From: Octopus bimaculoides
Lineage: Eukaryota
Assembly: GCF_001194135.2 (NCBI RefSeq)
Contig: NC_069003.1
Location: 12,636,217-12,670,760 of the forward strand
Length of the DNA: 34,544 bases
Direction: 5' to 3'
The notes under the pieces are model-generated. The model searched no databases and had not been told where the DNA came from. It saw only the letters and a list, made by a program, of their open reading frames with translations. The position numbers and the translations under genes are program-made. Each line of letters begins with the position of its first letter. The stretch's first letter is position 1. Below, one piece after another: positions 34,262-34,544 of the stretch.

Positions 34262-34544
34262 CCCGGATGCAGTACCAGGCAGTGGCTCCCATGGCTTCTG
34301 ATCTTAACTGATTGGAAGTGTTATCATGTACGTTGTTTTGTCTTGGTATAAAAAGATGGGCTACAGCAAATATTCTGCTCAATACTACAGATTTGCTTGT
34401 CAGTTGTTTGACCTTAACCAGTTGAGCATGTCCCTTGGTGGCTGACGATATGTGCATCTCTGATCACGAGCAGAAGTAGTGGGGGAGCATTATAGCCATG
34501 TGTTGAGAGGAATTCTTTGGGGTTTGAATAATTCACCTTTGGAA
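34200..34544 (-). mobile_element. Probable 3' end of a non-LTR retroelement with (TTA)n tail
   Basis: Complex sequence abuts a (TAA)n run at 34200-34260, as expected for a minus-strand LINE/SINE tail. The family cannot be determined from the window. Confidence 0.4.

Overview
This is AT-rich, microsatellite-dense animal genomic DNA from a gapped draft scaffold, with large N-runs at about 1551-2353, 5524-6120, 10624-11580, 12396-13349 and 30059-30479. The tRNA-derived/CORE-like SINE repertoire suggests an octopus or other coleoid cephalopod (inference from recognition of the repeats, not from a search). The only supportable host gene is a 902-nt terminal coding exon (31795-32696, minus strand) of a 9-cysteine TGF-beta superfamily ligand of the activin/inhibin-beta-myostatin group. 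Its 5' exon is not in the window. The other ~31 kb is a transposon graveyard. It holds about 25 SINE copies in three groups, decayed mariner and Tc1-like elements, hAT MITEs, an RTE LINE fragment, a Penelope-like element (RT thumb to GIY-YIG), four hammerhead-ribozyme-like motifs of Penelope type, and several minisatellites, including a ~20-copy 74-bp array. Several exact duplications flanking 10-N gaps are assembly artefacts, and most ORFs in the track are microsatellite or gap translations. I found no demonstrably new biological system. The best leads are a hammerhead-like motif lying in sense orientation between two candidate poly(A) signals downstream of the ligand gene, the B-box-bearing 74-bp array, and well-resolved nested or targeted insertions.
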